From Phycisphaerales bacterium (GTDB lineage: Bacteria; Planctomycetota; Phycisphaerae; Phycisphaerales; UBA1924), in contig JBQTIJ010000134.1 in assembly GCA_052388255.1 (NCBI GenBank), positions 1 through 40,767 of the forward strand: a DNA stretch of 40,767 nt. The letters run 5' to 3'. The position numbers were made by a program, and so were the translations under genes. Shown here in pieces: positions 6,669 through 18,568 of this stretch. The notes under the pieces were generated by a model. It did no database searches. It saw only the letters and a program-made list of their open reading frames with translations, and had not been told where the DNA came from. The stretch's first letter is position 1. The number at the start of each line of letters is the position of its first letter.

Positions 6669-9560
6669 TCAGCGCTGCGACCCTTCCATGGCGGCATTCT
6701 CAGTAGCGCGGATCAGGGCCTCGAGCAGGCGGCGGTCGGTGGTGTCAAGGTCGCCGTCACGGTCCATGTCGGCCTCGCCCTGATAGGTGGAGCCAAGCTG
6801 CCACGAGGCGTGCAGGTCGTCGATGTTCACGACGCCGTCGCGGTTGACGTCGCCGGAGCCAAGGGAGTTGACGATGCCGTCGTAGCGGGTGACAACGGAG
6901 TTGCCCGAGAGCTCGAACGCGACGACGGTGATCGAGTTGGTGCCCGCGGGAAGGTTGCTGATGGCGCGGCGGAACTCGAAGCGGTCATGCCGGGTCGCCT
7001 GGTTGGCGGCGGTGAGGTAGGTCGCGGGCTGAGTGCGCGGGTCCACGCCCTCCGGGGCGTTGGCGATGATGTAGACGGTGTTGGTGCAGCGGTCAGAGGC
7101 GAGCACGCGGAAACTGAACCCTGCGGTGTTGATGATGTTGTCCTCCGGCAGAACAAGGGCAACCTGCGGGGGAAGCAGATCGACATAGAACACTTTGCGG
7201 AACTCCGAGGAGATGGCGGCACCACCGTCTTCACGATGGCGGTAGGCGACGACGGTGAGGTAGTTGAATCCCTCGGGGAGGAGCGCGGCGTTGATGGTCT
7301 GGCGGTACAGCCCCTCCGACGCGCCGGGGCTATTGAAGAGGGGCGAGTTCTGCGTGACGAAGCGCTCGTACCCGGCGTCGAGGGGCGAGGCGAGCGGCTG
7401 GTCATAGCCGGTGGGCGTGCCGTTGGGGTTGATGCCGTTGTAATCGCGGAAGCCCTCGTTGAGCCGGAAGACGGCGAAATCATCGGTGTTGAAGTTTGGG
7501 TTGCCCCCCTGGCCGGGGTCGCCGACATCGGCCTTGGTGGTCGTGAGCCGGATCTCAAACGAGGGTGAGGTCACGACATCCACGGGCGTGAGGCGGCGCT
7601 TCCACTCGCTGACGGCGACCGTGTCGGCGGGGATGACGCTGGCCACGGGGGTGACGGCGACCGCGCCGGCGGGGGCGGGAAGCCCATAGACCACAAAGCC
7701 GCGGTTGTGCTCGACACCGCTGGTGTTGCGGTTGTTGGGGATGGGGAAGAGTGCGCGGCCGTTGCCGTCGAGCGTGATGATCCGTGAGATGCTGCCGCCA
7801 AGGTTGGCGCCGCTCGCGCCCGTGTCGTTCCAGGCCCCCGTGAGTTCCATGAGGCGCGAGCCGCCCGGGAAGGAGGTGTCCAGCGAGCGGAACTGGAAGC
7901 CGTTCGAGTATGAGTCGTTGACGAGCGAGAGGAGGTTGGCCGCGGTGTTGTTTGACCGTTCGATCGCCAGTACGTCCGCCTTGCTGGGGTTGACGCCGTC
8001 AGTCGAGTTGATGATGTTCATGTTCGACCGTGCGTGGCCGTTGTGGATGCGCACGAGGTCGGTGATGATGGTGTTGTTGTTGCCGAGGGCGGAGGGGTTC
8101 CCTTCGCGCGGCCAGAAGCCGCGGGAGGCGAAGCGGCTGGCCATCTCGCGCCCGTTGTAATAGACGATGGGAAGGCCGGTGCGGGAGAGGACATACGCGT
8201 TCTGGGGGAGGCCCTGCTGCCGCAACGTGGGGAGCGGGGGGTTGGTGCCGCCGCTGCCGACGCTCCCGTTGTCGTGGGAGAAAACGTGGTGTACGCCCTG
8301 CGAGCCGTTGTTCTGGCCGTCGTCATTGGTATCGACGCTCCGCTCGATGGGCCCCTCCGGATCGCTCCCGCTGTCCTTAGCCCAGCGACCGAAGCCGCCG
8401 GCATTCAAGACATCGCGAAGCCCGCCCGCTTCGTTGAGATCGAGCGCGTCGCGGTTGCCGAACGAGTCCTTGCGGATGTAGAACTGGATGGCGGAGTTTG
8501 AGTCCACCGTCTCGCCGAAGGAAAAGGGCGTGACGCGCTGGCCGCCAGGGGTCACGCGGGTCTGGTAGACCGCGGCATCAAAGCGCTCGTTCCAGAAGTC
8601 GTGCTTGGTGTGCTTGGCGGCGTCAAGGCGAAAACCATCGACACCGATCTCCTCGATCATCCACTGGGCCCAGCGCTGCAGAAGGCCCGTGGCGGATTCG
8701 GCCTGCGGGTCACCGGCGAGGGGCGCGGCTGTGTTGAAGGGGTAGACCGTCCAGTTGGTGGTGGTGCTGAAGCCCGCGATGCCGGGGTTGGTGAACGTGC
8801 GCGGAGCGAGGTTGCGGTCGGGATAGAAGCGCGCGTTGTCCGGGTTGGGCAGGTTGCGGATACGCCCCGGAGGGATGTTCAGCGGATTGATCGACGTGGG
8901 GTGACGGATGCAGGAGTAGTTGCTCTCCTGCGCGATATCGACAAGACTGACGAGATCGCCAAGCCAGAGGCAGTAGTTGCCGCTGCCGGGGTTCTCTGAC
9001 TGCGTAGCGCCGTTGTGAAAGTCGCCCCAGAAGTAGTTGGCCCCGGCCCGGGTGACAAAGTCGCCGCAGTTGACCCATGGCCCGCTGCCGGAGAGAAAGG
9101 CGGGACCGGGCGGGTTGTTCGAGGGGCCGTTGCCCGGCACGTAAAAGCCGGGCCAACCGCCGTCGGCGATGAAGTCCGCATTGCTGGTGCGAGCGCCGTT
9201 GTGATTGAAGATCCCCTCGGGGTAGACGAGCACTCCCGCGAGATGGAGTTCTTTGACGAGTTGGCGGAACTTCGCCTCCGTCCCGAAGGCGGTCTCGGCA
9301 CCCGGCTGACCGAGGTTGAAGCGGTCGAAAGGGTCGTACCCCGCGCTCCCTGTGCTGGCCATGCACGGAGAAGGGAGCCACATGCCGCCGTAGCCAGCCA
9401 TGAAGACGTCCGGCGTGCGGGTCTCGATGTTGTCCCACGAGGTCTCAAAGTACTCGAGGATGACCGGGTTGTCCCCTGCACAACAGGCCGAACCCGCGGC
9501 CAAAACCAGCCCCATCGCCGCAATGTGAGCAGGAGGCAGAGAACGGCGCGTCAACAGCAT
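6669..9560 (-). CDS. Secreted GH13 (alpha-amylase family) glycoside hydrolase with C-terminal dockerin-like module
   Basis: There is a signal peptide from ATG 9560 (MLLTRRSLPPAHIAAMGLVLAAGSACCAG). GH13 regions are present: GIFNHNG, GVDGFRLDAAKH, FGETVD and HHVFSHDNG. A long beta-rich middle part follows. The C-terminus has paired calcium-loop repeats, GDVNRDGVVNIDDL and DMDRDGDLDTTDRRLL, which is a type-I dockerin pattern. Confidence 0.85.
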   Translation of the reverse strand: MLLTRRSLPPAHIAAMGLVLAAGSACCAGDNPVILEYFETSWDNIETRTPDVFMAGYGGMWLPSPCMASTGSAGYDPFDRFNLGQPGAETAFGTEAKFRQLVKELHLAGVLVYPEGIFNHNGARTSNADFIADGGWPGFYVPGNGPSNNPPGPAFLSGSGPWVNCGDFVTRAGANYFWGDFHNGATQSENPGSGNYCLWLGDLVSLVDIAQESNYSCIRHPTSINPLNIPPGRIRNLPNPDNARFYPDRNLAPRTFTNPGIAGFSTTTNWTVYPFNTAAPLAGDPQAESATGLLQRWAQWMIEEIGVDGFRLDAAKHTKHDFWNERFDAAVYQTRVTPGGQRVTPFSFGETVDSNSAIQFYIRKDSFGNRDALDLNEAGGLRDVLNAGGFGRWAKDSGSDPEGPIERSVDTNDDGQNNGSQGVHHVFSHDNGSVGSGGTNPPLPTLRQQGLPQNAYVLSRTGLPIVYYNGREMASRFASRGFWPREGNPSALGNNNTIITDLVRIHNGHARSNMNIINSTDGVNPSKADVLAIERSNNTAANLLSLVNDSYSNGFQFRSLDTSFPGGSRLMELTGAWNDTGASGANLGGSISRIITLDGNGRALFPIPNNRNTSGVEHNRGFVVYGLPAPAGAVAVTPVASVIPADTVAVSEWKRRLTPVDVVTSPSFEIRLTTTKADVGDPGQGGNPNFNTDDFAVFRLNEGFRDYNGINPNGTPTGYDQPLASPLDAGYERFVTQNSPLFNSPGASEGLYRQTINAALLPEGFNYLTVVAYRHREDGGAAISSEFRKVFYVDLLPPQVALVLPEDNIINTAGFSFRVLASDRCTNTVYIIANAPEGVDPRTQPATYLTAANQATRHDRFEFRRAISNLPAGTNSITVVAFELSGNSVVTRYDGIVNSLGSGDVNRDGVVNIDDLHASWQLGSTYQGEADMDRDGDLDTTDRRLLEALIRATENAAMEGSQR

Positions 9561-9748
9561 CAGCGGGATCCTGGAGAGAGGAGTTCGTCGGGCACAGACC
9601 GGGTTGGGCGCAGCCGGTGACAACAAGATAAACCACAGGCACACCTTCGCCAGTGTATTTTCCGCCTCCGGGCGTGGTTTGTTCGCATGTTCGGAGGCCG
9701 CAAGTGCAAGGTGCCGAACGTGCCCCTATCCAGCCCGCGCAAGTGGCA

Positions 9749-10845
9749 TCAGGGAGCCGCGGGGATCGGGGAGTTGCCGGAGAGGACCGCACCCCTCGAC
9801 ATGGGGGCGACGATGGTCTGAATGAAGGCCCGATACTCGCGGCCGAGTCGGTCAAGATCGGTGTTGCAGTACGCCAAGAGAACCGCCGGCCCGGCCCGCT
9901 GCGCGATCATGCCGCTGCGCTCGCCCCTGGCAAGACGAACGTTCGCGGTGAGCCGCCCGCCCGCGGCATCGCGGACCATGGCCTCAAGGGCCGGGCGATA
10001 GCGGCCTCCTTCGCCCTCGCGCAGAAAGTGGATCAATGCCCAGGCCTGCGCGTAGTACGCCACGGCGGATTCGTTGCTGTTCCCCGGGCGCTGCAGGATC
10101 GACTCGGGCGTCGACGAGAGCAGGTCCTCAAGCGGCAGGAGCTGGCCGCGGCGGGCCGAGGCGCTGAGCTGCTCATAGCGCTCGGCATTGGCCCAGGGCA
10201 GGAAGAGCACCGTCTGGCCGGTGAATCGGTGACCTTCCATGTACGCGGCAAGACCCTCCTCAATGCTGATGGGGAGCTGCTCGACAAAGGTCGACTGCGT
10301 GAACTGGTGCCAGCCCTCGTGGGCGGCGATGACAAAGGTGTCGCTGGTGCCGATATCAAAGAGAAATGAACGGCCGCCGGTGGTGAACCCGCCCCGCTCG
10401 ATGAAGGTGAGCACTCGGCCGCGCGAGCCGAGCATGCGCATGGTCAGGTTCTGCCACTGCGTCCGGTTCGCCATGATGAAGGCATCCATGGGCGCGGCGG
10501 GCCGCTCGAGCGGCACGATGGCGGTGGTGTGGTGCGTGAGCGCGGCTTCAAGAAAACGCGGCAGGCGATCGGTGATGACCGGATCGCGCTCGGTGGTATA
10601 GATGGAAAAATGGCGCGTGCGGAGCACCGTTCCGGGGGCACCCTCAAAGGTCCACGGTTCCGAACGCACGGCGACGGGGCGATCGGGCGAGGCCGGCTGG
10701 GCTCGACCGGTGACGGCGGGGGGCTCACCGCTCTGCGCGCTGCGGGCCGGCTGTGTGCGACCGCCGCACGCACCGAGCGCGGCCACAGCCGCGGCGAGCG
10801 CCACGGGGAATGCCCGCTGGGCGGCGGCGTGCATGGTCCAAACTC

Positions 10846-10849
<4 letters not shown>
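9749..10849 (-). CDS. Lipoprotein with HExxH motif (DUF1570-like putative zinc metallopeptidase)
   Basis: It has a lipobox-like N-terminus (ALAAAVAALGAC-GG), the motif AAHEGWHQF (HExxH) and a later YYAQAWALIHFL segment typical of DUF1570-type proteins. The GTG at 10849 overlaps the valS stop (GTGA). The ATG at 10834 is an alternative start. Confidence 0.6.
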
Positions 10850-14127
<3,278 letters not shown>

Positions 14128-14175
14128 AAACTTGCCTCGCAGCACGTTCCAAATGAGGACCCGGCCCGGGCGAGG

Positions 14176-15222
14176 ATGATATCACGGATGCCCCACGATA
14201 CCGCCTTTTCCGACGATTCCAGTGGGCCGCCCGCCCGGCGAGGCCGATGGCTCGCCATTGCCGCCGGCGCGGCCATGGTTGTGCTCATGACCTTCGCCGT
14301 GGGGGGCGTGGCATGGGTGTTTCGCACCCCCGCCGGGGGCGCAGTCTCCCCCGCATCCGCCAGCCCCGGGACCGATGCCGCCGATGCCACCGCGGCTTTT
14401 GAGCGGGCCGAGAGGGCGTTCCGCGAGGGCGATGATGCACGAGCCGCCGCGCTCAGTGCGGAAGGGATCGCCCGTTTCCCCAATGACCAGCGTCTGCGGC
14501 TGACGGCTGCCAAGGCCCTCACTGCCTTGCGCAAGCCCACCGAGGCCTATGCACAGGTGCAGGCCGCGATCGCTATCGGCCCGGCCAACGACCCGGCCCT
14601 CTGCTCGCTCGCCGGCACTCTCGCGACCGCGGCGGGCGAATCGGCGCGGGCGGTCGAGCACTTCAGCGAAGCGCAGCGGCTTGATTCCACCAACGCGCGC
14701 CACCCGCTCTACCTTGCCATGGCCCAGGTGAAAACGGGCCAGGAGACCGCGGCCATGGCCTCGCTTCTCCGCGCGATCAAGATCGACGACTCCATCGCCG
14801 AAGCATGGGGGACGCTGGCGGAACTGAACTTGAAGGCGGGCAACCCCGGGCCGGCGATCGAGCAGGCCCGGCGGGCGAGGATGCTCCAGCCGGGTGTGGC
14901 CCGCTGGCGCATCCGCGAGGCGACCGCGCTCAAGCGCGAGAACCGACCGGAAGAGGCCCTTGCTCTCGTCTCCGCCTTAGCACCGGCCGAGCGAGCCGAG
15001 CCCGACGCCCTCCGCGTGCTCGTTGAGTGTTGCGGGATACTGGACAAACCGCTCCTTGCGGCGGAGGAGTCCGCCGCAGCGGCTGTGCTTCAGGAGTCGC
15101 GTGGACCATCGGGCGCGGCCCGGGCGGCGGACCTTCACGGGCAGGCGGCTGAGTGGTTCGAGAAGGCGGGCGAACGCGAGAAAGCGAGCGAGCATCGGGC
15201 CCGCGCCGCGGCCGCAAAGTAG
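14176..15222 (+). CDS. Membrane-anchored TPR-repeat protein
   Basis: The ATG at 14176 (MISRMPHD) lies just outside valS. An N-terminal TM helix (WLAIAAGAAMVVLMTFAVGGVAWVF) is followed by Ala-rich 34-residue TPR-like repeats. The ORF-track extension back to 13690 is antisense to valS. Confidence 0.6.
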   Translation: MISRMPHDTAFSDDSSGPPARRGRWLAIAAGAAMVVLMTFAVGGVAWVFRTPAGGAVSPASASPGTDAADATAAFERAERAFREGDDARAAALSAEGIARFPNDQRLRLTAAKALTALRKPTEAYAQVQAAIAIGPANDPALCSLAGTLATAAGESARAVEHFSEAQRLDSTNARHPLYLAMAQVKTGQETAAMASLLRAIKIDDSIAEAWGTLAELNLKAGNPGPAIEQARRARMLQPGVARWRIREATALKRENRPEEALALVSALAPAERAEPDALRVLVECCGILDKPLLAAEESAAAAVLQESRGPSGAARAADLHGQAAEWFEKAGEREKASEHRARAAAAK

Positions 15223-15250
15223 GGGACCGCCGGTCAAGGGCCGACCCGGA

Positions 15251-15276
15251 GCGACAACCGAGCGCGACAACCGAGC
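15251..15276. repeat. Perfect tandem duplication of a 13-mer (GCGACAACCGAGC x2)
   Basis: Read directly from the sequence, in the convergent spacer between the TPR gene stop (15222) and the argC stop (15280). Confidence 0.85.
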
Positions 15277-15279
15277 GCG

Positions 15280-16308
15280 TCAGCCGAGCCCCGTGTGTTC
15301 GTCCAGCCCCAACATCAGGTTGGCATTCTGGACCGCTTGCCCACTCGCCCCTTTGAGGAGGTTGTCGATGGCGGCGACGACCACCACGCGGCCGCAGACC
15401 ACGCGAGCATTCAGGTGGACGCGGTTTGTGCGTGCCACATCGCGCAGCGTCGGTGCATCATCGCGGACCGTGACGGAGCGCTCCCCGGCGAATGCGGCGC
15501 GGAGCGTTTCCTGAAGGGCGGCGGTGTCGGTCGATGGGCTGAGGGGCCGTGCCGTGATGGTCTCAAGGATCCCGCGGGCGATGGGAAGAAGGTGGGGGAG
15601 AAAGAGCGGATCCTCCGTGCCTTTGGCAAAGAGGCGGATGCTCTGCCCGATCTCCGGCTGGTGTCGATGCACGCCCAGGCCATACGCCGAGAAGTTGTCA
15701 CCCGCCTCCACCAGCGTGAGGTGCGGCTTGGCTTCGCGCCCGGCCCCGCTCGCCCCGCTCGCTGCGTGAATGATGATCGACGCCGGGTCGATGAGCCCCG
15801 CCCGCAGGAGGGGCACAATCGCCAGCGCCGCCGCCGTGGGATAGCACCCGGGGTTGGCGACGAGGCGGGCGGCGCGGATGGCCTCGCGGTTGAACTCGGG
15901 CAAGCCATAGACCGCGTGGGCGAGATTCTGTGCGTCGGTGTGCGGGTGTCCGTAGTACCGCGCATAGACGGCGCTGTCCTTGAGGCGATAGGCCGCGGAA
16001 AGATCGATGACGCGCACTCCACGGCGCAGCAGTTCAGGGGCGTGCTGCATCGCGGCGTCGTGCGGGAGGCAGAGGAAGGCAAGCGGGCATGCGCGAGCAA
16101 TGGCGTCGTGGTCAATGGGTTGGCAGCGCGCCGTGTCGCGATTGATCCGCCCTGCGAGCCGGGGGAACTCCGCATCAATGCGTGGCGCCGGGTCGCGGGC
16201 GCTGCACAGAAGCCCGAGCTCGAGCGCTGGGTGGCCAAGCACGATCTCGATGAGTTCGAGGCCGGTGTAGCCGGTTGGGCCGAGGATCGCGACAGGGGTC
16301 TTGGTCAT
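15280..16308 (-). CDS. argC: N-acetyl-gamma-glutamyl-phosphate reductase
   Basis: VAILGPTGYTGLELIEIV, the active-site region NPGCYPTAAALAIVPL and the C-terminal NLLKGASGQAVQNANLMLG are typical ArgC. Confidence 0.92.
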   Translation of the reverse strand: MTKTPVAILGPTGYTGLELIEIVLGHPALELGLLCSARDPAPRIDAEFPRLAGRINRDTARCQPIDHDAIARACPLAFLCLPHDAAMQHAPELLRRGVRVIDLSAAYRLKDSAVYARYYGHPHTDAQNLAHAVYGLPEFNREAIRAARLVANPGCYPTAAALAIVPLLRAGLIDPASIIIHAASGASGAGREAKPHLTLVEAGDNFSAYGLGVHRHQPEIGQSIRLFAKGTEDPLFLPHLLPIARGILETITARPLSPSTDTAALQETLRAAFAGERSVTVRDDAPTLRDVARTNRVHLNARVVCGRVVVVAAIDNLLKGASGQAVQNANLMLGLDEHTGLG

Positions 16309-16332
16309 GGCGTGACGGTCTCGGACGGGTGT

Positions 16333-17880
16333 TCAGGCGCGGTGCGGGGCGTGGCGATCGGGCTGCCCGCGCTGTTCAACGGGTGCACTCACAAAGGCCC
16401 TCGTGACTTCAACGATCAGCGTGTCATCGGTGGGCGGACCGAGGCGATGGGTGTTCACCGCATCAAGGATTGCCTGCGTCCACGCGCCGGGCGGGAGCGG
16501 TGCGCCCCGGCTTCGGCCCCCCAGGGCGCGGAGCAGGCCATCCACCCCCAGCATCCGGCCATGTCCGTCGCGTGTCTCCATCGCGCCGTCGGTATAGCCA
16601 AGGAAGGCATCGCCGGCGGTGAAGGGGCGCGTCGTCAGTTCCACGTCATAGTCGCTGTCGACGAACGCGCCCAGCACCGGCGCGGTGGAATCAAGCTGTT
16701 CGAGCGTGCCATCCACCGCCCGAATGAACGCGGGCGGGTGCCCGGCGGAGGCATACTTCAGTTGGCCCGCCTCCTCGCCGGGGTCGATCCGCACCGCGAG
16801 CGCCGTGACAAAGAGCGAATGGTCAGCGAGCGTGAGATAGACGTACCGGTTCAGGGCCCGCAGCACGCGGTCGGGCGTGATGGCTGGATCTTCCGCAAAG
16901 AGGCGCTCGACCTCACCATACAACCGATTGACCGTCAGCGCGGCAGGGATGCCGTGCCCCGTCACATCAAGCAGCAGAAGGTTGAGCGATGGATCGGTAC
17001 CCTCAGCGCCGGGGCTGAAGCGGGTGTACAGAAAGTCCCCGCCGATCTGCCTCATGGGCTCGTAGCGATAGTCAAACCGAAGGGATCCCCGTTCCGCAGG
17101 CGCGGGAAAGAGGGCTTCGTGGATCCGGCGCGCGTCCGTCAACTCGCGCTTCATCTCGATATACCGGCCCCGGATCGCACGGATCAGGAACGACTCGCGG
17201 AACCGGCCGTGGTTCCAGAGCGTGACGGCCGCCCCCGGAAGGCCGACAAGCGGGAAGAGAACCGCCGCGGCCACGACCGCGCCCCACCCCGCGCCTCCGA
17301 CGCGGATCAGGTGTGCAAGCGCAACGATCGCGAACCCCAGCGAGAGCGTCAAGATCGGGCGCATGGCCTCGCGCGGGGTCCAGGGGACGAACGCGCACGC
17401 GAGCACATGCGTCCACAGCACCGTCCACACCAGCCCCAGGAGAGAGAGCGTCCCCTCCTCAGCCAAGGCCAGTTCCACGCTCGGCCGCCCGGCGCGATAG
17501 ACGGCATATTCAAGGAACCCCGCCACCATGCGGATGAGCCCCGCCACGATCATGAGCGCGGTCATGAACTTCACCAGCCGCGCTCTCCCGAGTAGACGCA
17601 ACCGCACGTATCGGTAGGCGAGGATGTAGCCCGCAAGGATGAAGAGGTCCGCGACCGTGGTGAAACTGGCAAGGGCATTCAGGAAGGGCCGCGGGCGCGA
17701 GAAGAACGACCCGCTAAGCAGCCGCACGATCAGCGGCGCAATGCCCATCAGGAGGTTCAGACCGATCGCCACCCCGGTGTACCAAAGGAACCGCCTGCGA
17801 AGGTGCAGGAGACTTTCACGCTCAAACTCGTGGCGGAAGTCGTGCGAAATGGCGGCGGTGAGTGCGCCGGTAATGGGCAT
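16333..17880 (-). CDS. Membrane-bound PP2C-family (SpoIIE/RsbU-like) serine phosphatase
   Basis: The N-terminal half has multiple hydrophobic helices. The C-terminal half has IGGDFLY, LLLLDVTGHGIPAAL, ASAGHPP and GYTDGAMET, which are the SpoIIE-domain motifs. Confidence 0.85.
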   Translation of the reverse strand: MPITGALTAAISHDFRHEFERESLLHLRRRFLWYTGVAIGLNLLMGIAPLIVRLLSGSFFSRPRPFLNALASFTTVADLFILAGYILAYRYVRLRLLGRARLVKFMTALMIVAGLIRMVAGFLEYAVYRAGRPSVELALAEEGTLSLLGLVWTVLWTHVLACAFVPWTPREAMRPILTLSLGFAIVALAHLIRVGGAGWGAVVAAAVLFPLVGLPGAAVTLWNHGRFRESFLIRAIRGRYIEMKRELTDARRIHEALFPAPAERGSLRFDYRYEPMRQIGGDFLYTRFSPGAEGTDPSLNLLLLDVTGHGIPAALTVNRLYGEVERLFAEDPAITPDRVLRALNRYVYLTLADHSLFVTALAVRIDPGEEAGQLKYASAGHPPAFIRAVDGTLEQLDSTAPVLGAFVDSDYDVELTTRPFTAGDAFLGYTDGAMETRDGHGRMLGVDGLLRALGGRSRGAPLPPGAWTQAILDAVNTHRLGPPTDDTLIVEVTRAFVSAPVEQRGQPDRHAPHRA

Positions 17881-17951
17881 GGGGAGCGGTGCGCAGGCGG
17901 AGCAACAGGGTGGGCCGATGGATCATTGGGGGCACGGGGGCGCAAGGCCCT

Positions 17952-18473
17952 ATGCTGACTCTGCGAGCCCCAACGACGCGGATCGCGAACCGGAGGTTGC
18001 CCGTGACGGATCAGCAAGCGAGTGATGGTGCAGGAACCACACCAGCGCGGGGCGACGCCCGGCGTGAGCGCCCGGCCACCGCCTCCGACCCGACCGCCAC
18101 GGCCCGGGCCGTGATGCAGACGCGCATGGTGCTCCGGGCATGGCTGCGCGTCATCGCGCTGCTCGCAGGTGTTTCCGCGTTCACGTTCACGGCCATGACC
18201 TACCCCTCTTTTTCCAGGGATGTTCTGCGCTCGGGGGCCGGTCTTCTGCCGCCAGTCTCCTTTGCGGATTACTTCTTCTGGCCGGTGGTTCTCGGTGGCC
18301 TCGCGGCGATGGCCTTTCTGGCCGACGCGGTGGCCTTGAAGTGGATCGTCCCCGTGCCTGCTCTCCGCTGCCCGCGCTGCGGCTACGACGTCCGCGGGCA
18401 TACTCGAGGGCCTTGCCCCGAGTGCGGGCTGGCCCTGGGCGAACTGGCACCGAGCGCGGTGGCCGAGATCTGA
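17952..18473 (+). CDS. Small membrane protein with C-terminal zinc-ribbon (RCPRCGYDVRG...CPECG)
   Basis: It has two predicted TM helices (LRVIALLAGVSAFTFTAM and FFWPVVLGGLAAMAFLADAVAL) followed by CPRCGYDVRGHTRGPCPECG. The start is uncertain: GTG 17889, ATG 17952 or ATG 18114. Confidence 0.45.
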   Translation: MLTLRAPTTRIANRRLPVTDQQASDGAGTTPARGDARRERPATASDPTATARAVMQTRMVLRAWLRVIALLAGVSAFTFTAMTYPSFSRDVLRSGAGLLPPVSFADYFFWPVVLGGLAAMAFLADAVALKWIVPVPALRCPRCGYDVRGHTRGPCPECGLALGELAPSAVAEI

Positions 18474-18568
18474 GGCGTAGGAAGAAGCGCGGCCAGCGCA
18501 AGGAACGGGCGGGCGGCGAACGCGGACCATACCCTCCGCCTTTCGTCCCCTCGGTGTGGAGTGTCTGC

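Noticed and set aside
6462-7568. A 368-aa plus-strand ORF and several other ORFs of 100-250 aa inside 6669-9644
   Set aside because: They are antisense or out of frame relative to the GH13-dockerin gene, whose frame carries all the family motifs.
15295-17595. A 766-aa plus-strand ORF
   Set aside because: It is antisense to argC and the SpoIIE phosphatase, both of which carry clear family motifs. It is a shadow ORF.
18140-18568. An upstream extension of the icd ORF (143 codons)
   Set aside because: It overlaps the zinc-ribbon membrane protein gene in another frame. IDH homology begins at the ATG at 18569 (MAGQVKIALAKGDGIGPE).
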